A DNA stretch of 64,000 nucleotides, taken from positions 619,712-683,711 of the forward strand of contig RDEW01000007.1 of the NCBI GenBank assembly GCA_011109175.1, read 5' to 3'. The stretch is from Dicyema japonicum. Taxonomy: Eukaryota > Animalia > Dicyemida. The notes under the pieces are model-generated. The model was not told where the DNA came from. It made no database searches and saw nothing but the letters and a program-made list of their open reading frames with translations. The translations under genes and the position numbers were made by a program. Positions 60,001 through 64,000 of the stretch are shown here, piece by piece. Position 1 is the stretch's first letter. Every line of letters begins with the position of its first letter.

Positions 60001-63000
60001 ACATATAGCATATAATAATGGCACTACTCGAATAACCAGACAACAACTGCTAATAACACAGGCACAAGCTTAAATAACCAGACAACAACAGCAACGAACA
60101 CAGGCAGTACGACCATTAACCAGACTAACAATAGGAACTAATACAAGAACCACGTCTAATAAACAGATTACAACAGCAACAAACACAGTCTATACGTCAA
60201 ATAACCCGACTACAAATTCAACTAACATAGGCAACACCTCCAAAAACCAGACTACACCAGTAATTACTACAGCAAAACCTCCAATTATCACACTACAAAA
60301 ATACCTATTACTTCTTCTTTAGGTATGATTTTTGATAACAAATAGCATCGTATAATGGGACTACATCTAATAAGCAGACAACAACGTCAACTAACACAGG
60401 CACTACCGCGAATAATCAGACAACACCAGCATCAAATCCAAGCACTACCTCCAATAACCAGACAACAACATCAACAAATACAGACACTACATCAAATAAC
60501 CAAACAACAACTGCATCTAACACAGGCACAAAATCCAATAACCAGACAACAACAGCAACTAGCACTAGCACAACCTCTAATAACCAGATAACAACGTCAA
60601 CCTACACAGGCACTACGCGAATAATCAGACAACAACAGCATCAAATCCAAGCACTACCTCCAATAACCAGACAACAACATCAACAAATACAGACACTACA
60701 TCGAATAACCAAACAACAACTGCATCTAACACAGGAACAAATCCAATAACAATACAACAAGAGCAATTAACACAGGCTCTACGTCAAATAACCAGACAAA
60801 CAACTGCTAATAACACAGGCACAAGCTTTAATACCCAGTCAACATCAGCAACTAACACATACACAACGACCAATAACCAGAGAACAACTGCAACAAACAA
60901 AGGAATAACTACCAATAACAAACTACGACTGCCAATAATACAAGCACTACCTCGAAGAACAATGCAACAACAGCGACTAACACAGGCTCTACGTCAAATA
61001 ACCCGACTACTACTTTAACTAACACAGGCACCATGTCGAATAACCAGACTACACCAGTATTTACTACAAGCACAACCTCCAATAATCACACTACAAATTA
61101 TCCAACAACTTCTTCAGGTTTGCTTTTTGATAACAAATAGCATATAATAATGGCACTACATCGAATAACCAGACAACTATAGCAACTAACACAGGCACAA
61201 CGACCAATAACCAGAGTACAACTGCAACAAACAATGGAATAACAACTAATAACAAAACTACTATAGCCAATAATACAAGCACTACCTCGAATAACAATAC
61301 AACAACAGCAACTAACACAGGGACAACGACCAATAACCAGAGTACAACTGCAACAAATAATGGAATTACGACCAATAACAAAACTACTACATCCAATAAT
61401 ACAAGCACTACATCGAATAACCAGACAATAACTGCAACTAATACAGGCACTATCTCGAATAACCAGACAACAACTGCTAATAACACAGGCACAACCTTAA
61501 ATAACCAGACAACATCGACAACTAAAACAGACACAACGACCAACAACCAGAGTACAACTGCAACAAACAAAGGAATAACGACCAATAACATAACTACGAC
61601 AGCCAATAATACAAGCACTACCTGGAAGAACAATGCAACAACAGCAACTAACACAGGCTCTACGTCAAATAACCAGACTACAACTTCAACTAACACAGGC
61701 ACCACGTCGAATAACCAGACTACACCAGTAATTTCTACAAGAACAACCTTCAATAATCAGACTACAAATAAACCAACCAATTCTTCTTCAGGTTTGCTTT
61801 TTGATAACAAATAGCACATAATAATGGCACTACATCTAATAACCCGACTACAACTTCAGATAACACAGGCACCACGTCGAATAACCAGACTACATTAGTA
61901 ATAACTACAAGCTCAACCACCAATAATCAGACTACAAATAAACAAACTACTTCTTCTTCAGGTTTACTTTTTGATAACATATAGCATATAATAATGGCAC
62001 TACCTCGAATAACCAGACAACAACTGCTAATAACACAGGCACAAGCTTAAATAACCAGACAACAACAGCAACGAACACAGGCAGTACGACCATTAACCAG
62101 ACTACAATAGGAACTAATACAAGAACCACGTCTAATAAACAGATTACAACAGCAACAAACACAGTCTATACGTCAAATAACCCGACTACAAATTCAACTA
62201 ACATAGGCAACACCTCCAAAAACCAGACTACACCAGTAATTACTACAAGCACAACCTCCAATTATCACACTACAAAAATACCTATTACTTCTTCTTTAGG
62301 TATGATTTTTGATAACAAATAGCATCGTATAATGGGACTACATCTAATAAGCAGACAACAACGTCAACTAACACAGGCACTACCGCGAATAATCAGACAA
62401 CACCAGCATCAAATCCAAGCACTACCTCCAATAACCAGACAACAACATCAACAAATACAGACACTACATCAAATAACCAAACAACAACTGCATCTAACAC
62501 AGGCACAAAATCCAATAACCAGACAACAACAGCAACTAGCACTAGCACAACCTCTAATAACCAGATAACAACGTCAACCTACACAGGCACTACCGCGAAT
62601 AATCAGACAACAACAGCATCAAATCCAAGCACTACCTCCAATAACCAGACAACAACATCAACAAATACAGACACTACATCGAATAACCAAACAACAACTG
62701 CATCTAACACAGGAACAAAATCCAATAACAATACAACAAGAGCAATTAACACAGGCTCTACGTCAAATAACCAGACAACAACTGCTAATAACACAGGCAC
62801 AAGCTTTAATACCCAGTCAACATCAGCAACTAACACATACACAGACCAATAACCAGAGAACAACTGCAACAAACAAAGGAATAACTACCAATAACAAAAC
62901 TACGACTGCCAATAATACAAGCACTACCTCGAAGAACAATGCAACAACAGCGACTAACACAGGCTCTACGTCAAATAACCGACTACTACTTTAACTAACA

Positions 63001-64000
63001 CAGGCACCATGTCGAATAACCAGACTACACCAGTATTTACTACAAGCACAACCTCCAATAATCACACTACAAATTATCCAACAACTTCTTCAGGTTTGCT
63101 TTTTGATAACAAATAGCATATAATAATGGCACTACATCGAATAACCAGACAACTATAGCAACTAACACAGGCACAACGACCAATAACCAGAGTACAACTG
63201 CAACAAACAATGGAATAACAACTAATAACAAAACTACTATAGCCAATAATACAAGCACTACCTCGAATAACAATACAACAACAGCAACTAACACAGGGAC
63301 AACGACCAATAACCAGAGTACAACTGCAACAAATAATGGAATTACGACCAATAACAAAACTACTACATCCAATAATACAAGCACTACATCGAATAACCAG
63401 ACAATAACTGCAACTAATACAGGCACTATCTCGAATAACCAGACAACAACTGCTAATAACACAGGCACAACCTTAAATAACCAGACAACATCGACAACTA
63501 AAACAGACACAACGACCAACAACCAGAGTACAACTGCAACAAACAAAGGAATAACGACCAATAACATAACTACGACAGCCAATAATACAAGCACTACCTG
63601 GAAGAACAATGCAACAACAGCAACTAACACAGGCTCTACGTCAAATAACCAGACTACAACTTCAACTAACACAGGCACCACGTCGAATAACCAGACTACA
63701 CCAGTAATTTCTACAAGAACAACCTTCAATAATCAGACTACAAATAAACCAACCAATTCTTCTTCAGGTTTGCTTTTTGATAACAAATAGCACATAATAA
63801 TGGCACTACATCTAATAACCCGACTACAACTTCAGATAACACAGGCACCACGTCGAATAACCAGACTACATTAGTAATAACTACAAGCTCAACCACAATA
63901 ATCAGACTACAAATAAACAAACTACTTCTTCTTCAGGTTTACTTTTTGATAACATATAGCATATAATAATGGCACTACCTCGAATAACCAGACAACAACT
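57094..64000 (+). CDS. Secreted Thr/Asn-rich mucin-like repeat glycoprotein, 3'-partial
   Basis: ATG 57094; a 25-nt intron (57116-57140) yields signal-peptide-like MMWIVVILSIQITILT. Then 14-aa repeats (e.g. NTGTTSNNQTTTAT) in exons separated by 23-nt phase-1 introns (57206, 57333, 57462, 57843, 58013, 58350, 59145, 59817, ... 63768). Scattered 1-2 nt indels differ between repeat copies. Confidence 0.88.
57531..64000 (+). repeat. ~1.98-kb tandem super-repeat, ~3.3 copies, built from 42-nt units
   Basis: Equivalent intron donors at 57843, 59817, 61792 and 63768 (spacing 1974, 1975, 1976); each unit has 4 exons and 4 introns. Confidence 0.96.

Noticed and set aside
57571-63920. Long Val/Leu-rich minus-strand ORFs resembling membrane proteins
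   Set aside because: They are antisense shadows of ACA/ACT/AAC (Thr/Asn) codons. Signal peptide, splice sites and exon phase all support the plus strand.

Overview
AT-rich eukaryotic (animal) genomic DNA with ultra-short GT-AG introns (about 21-31 nt in the well-supported genes). An innexin and a ciliary DZANK1 orthologue indicate a ciliated metazoan; the intron size is most consistent with a dicyemid mesozoan (inference, not proven). Host genes recovered by manual splicing: an S10 serine carboxypeptidase (5'-partial), POLR2H/RPB8, DZANK1, an innexin, PRELID1, a DCAF4/WDR21-like gene, a small SAP-domain gene, VPS16, one orphan gene, and a very large secreted Thr/Asn-rich repeat protein from 57094 past the window end. 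That last gene is hierarchical: 14-aa units sit in phase-1 exon modules separated by homologous 23-nt introns, grouped into a ~1.98-kb super-repeat, and the acceptor TAG of each intron in the super-repeat is an in-frame stop. Intergenic space is packed with decayed transposons: RTE, CRE and Ingi/Vingi-like non-LTR elements, plus Tc1, pogo, hAT and TTAA-flanked DNA elements. One RTE has a codon-precise 5' inversion (twin-priming geometry), two divergent RTEs share an identical 23-nt 5' end, and two Ingi/Vingi-like elements carry 2A-like motifs. Several genes show single-base dropouts at homopolymers, probably long-read assembly errors. No rRNA, tRNA or CRISPR array was recognised.
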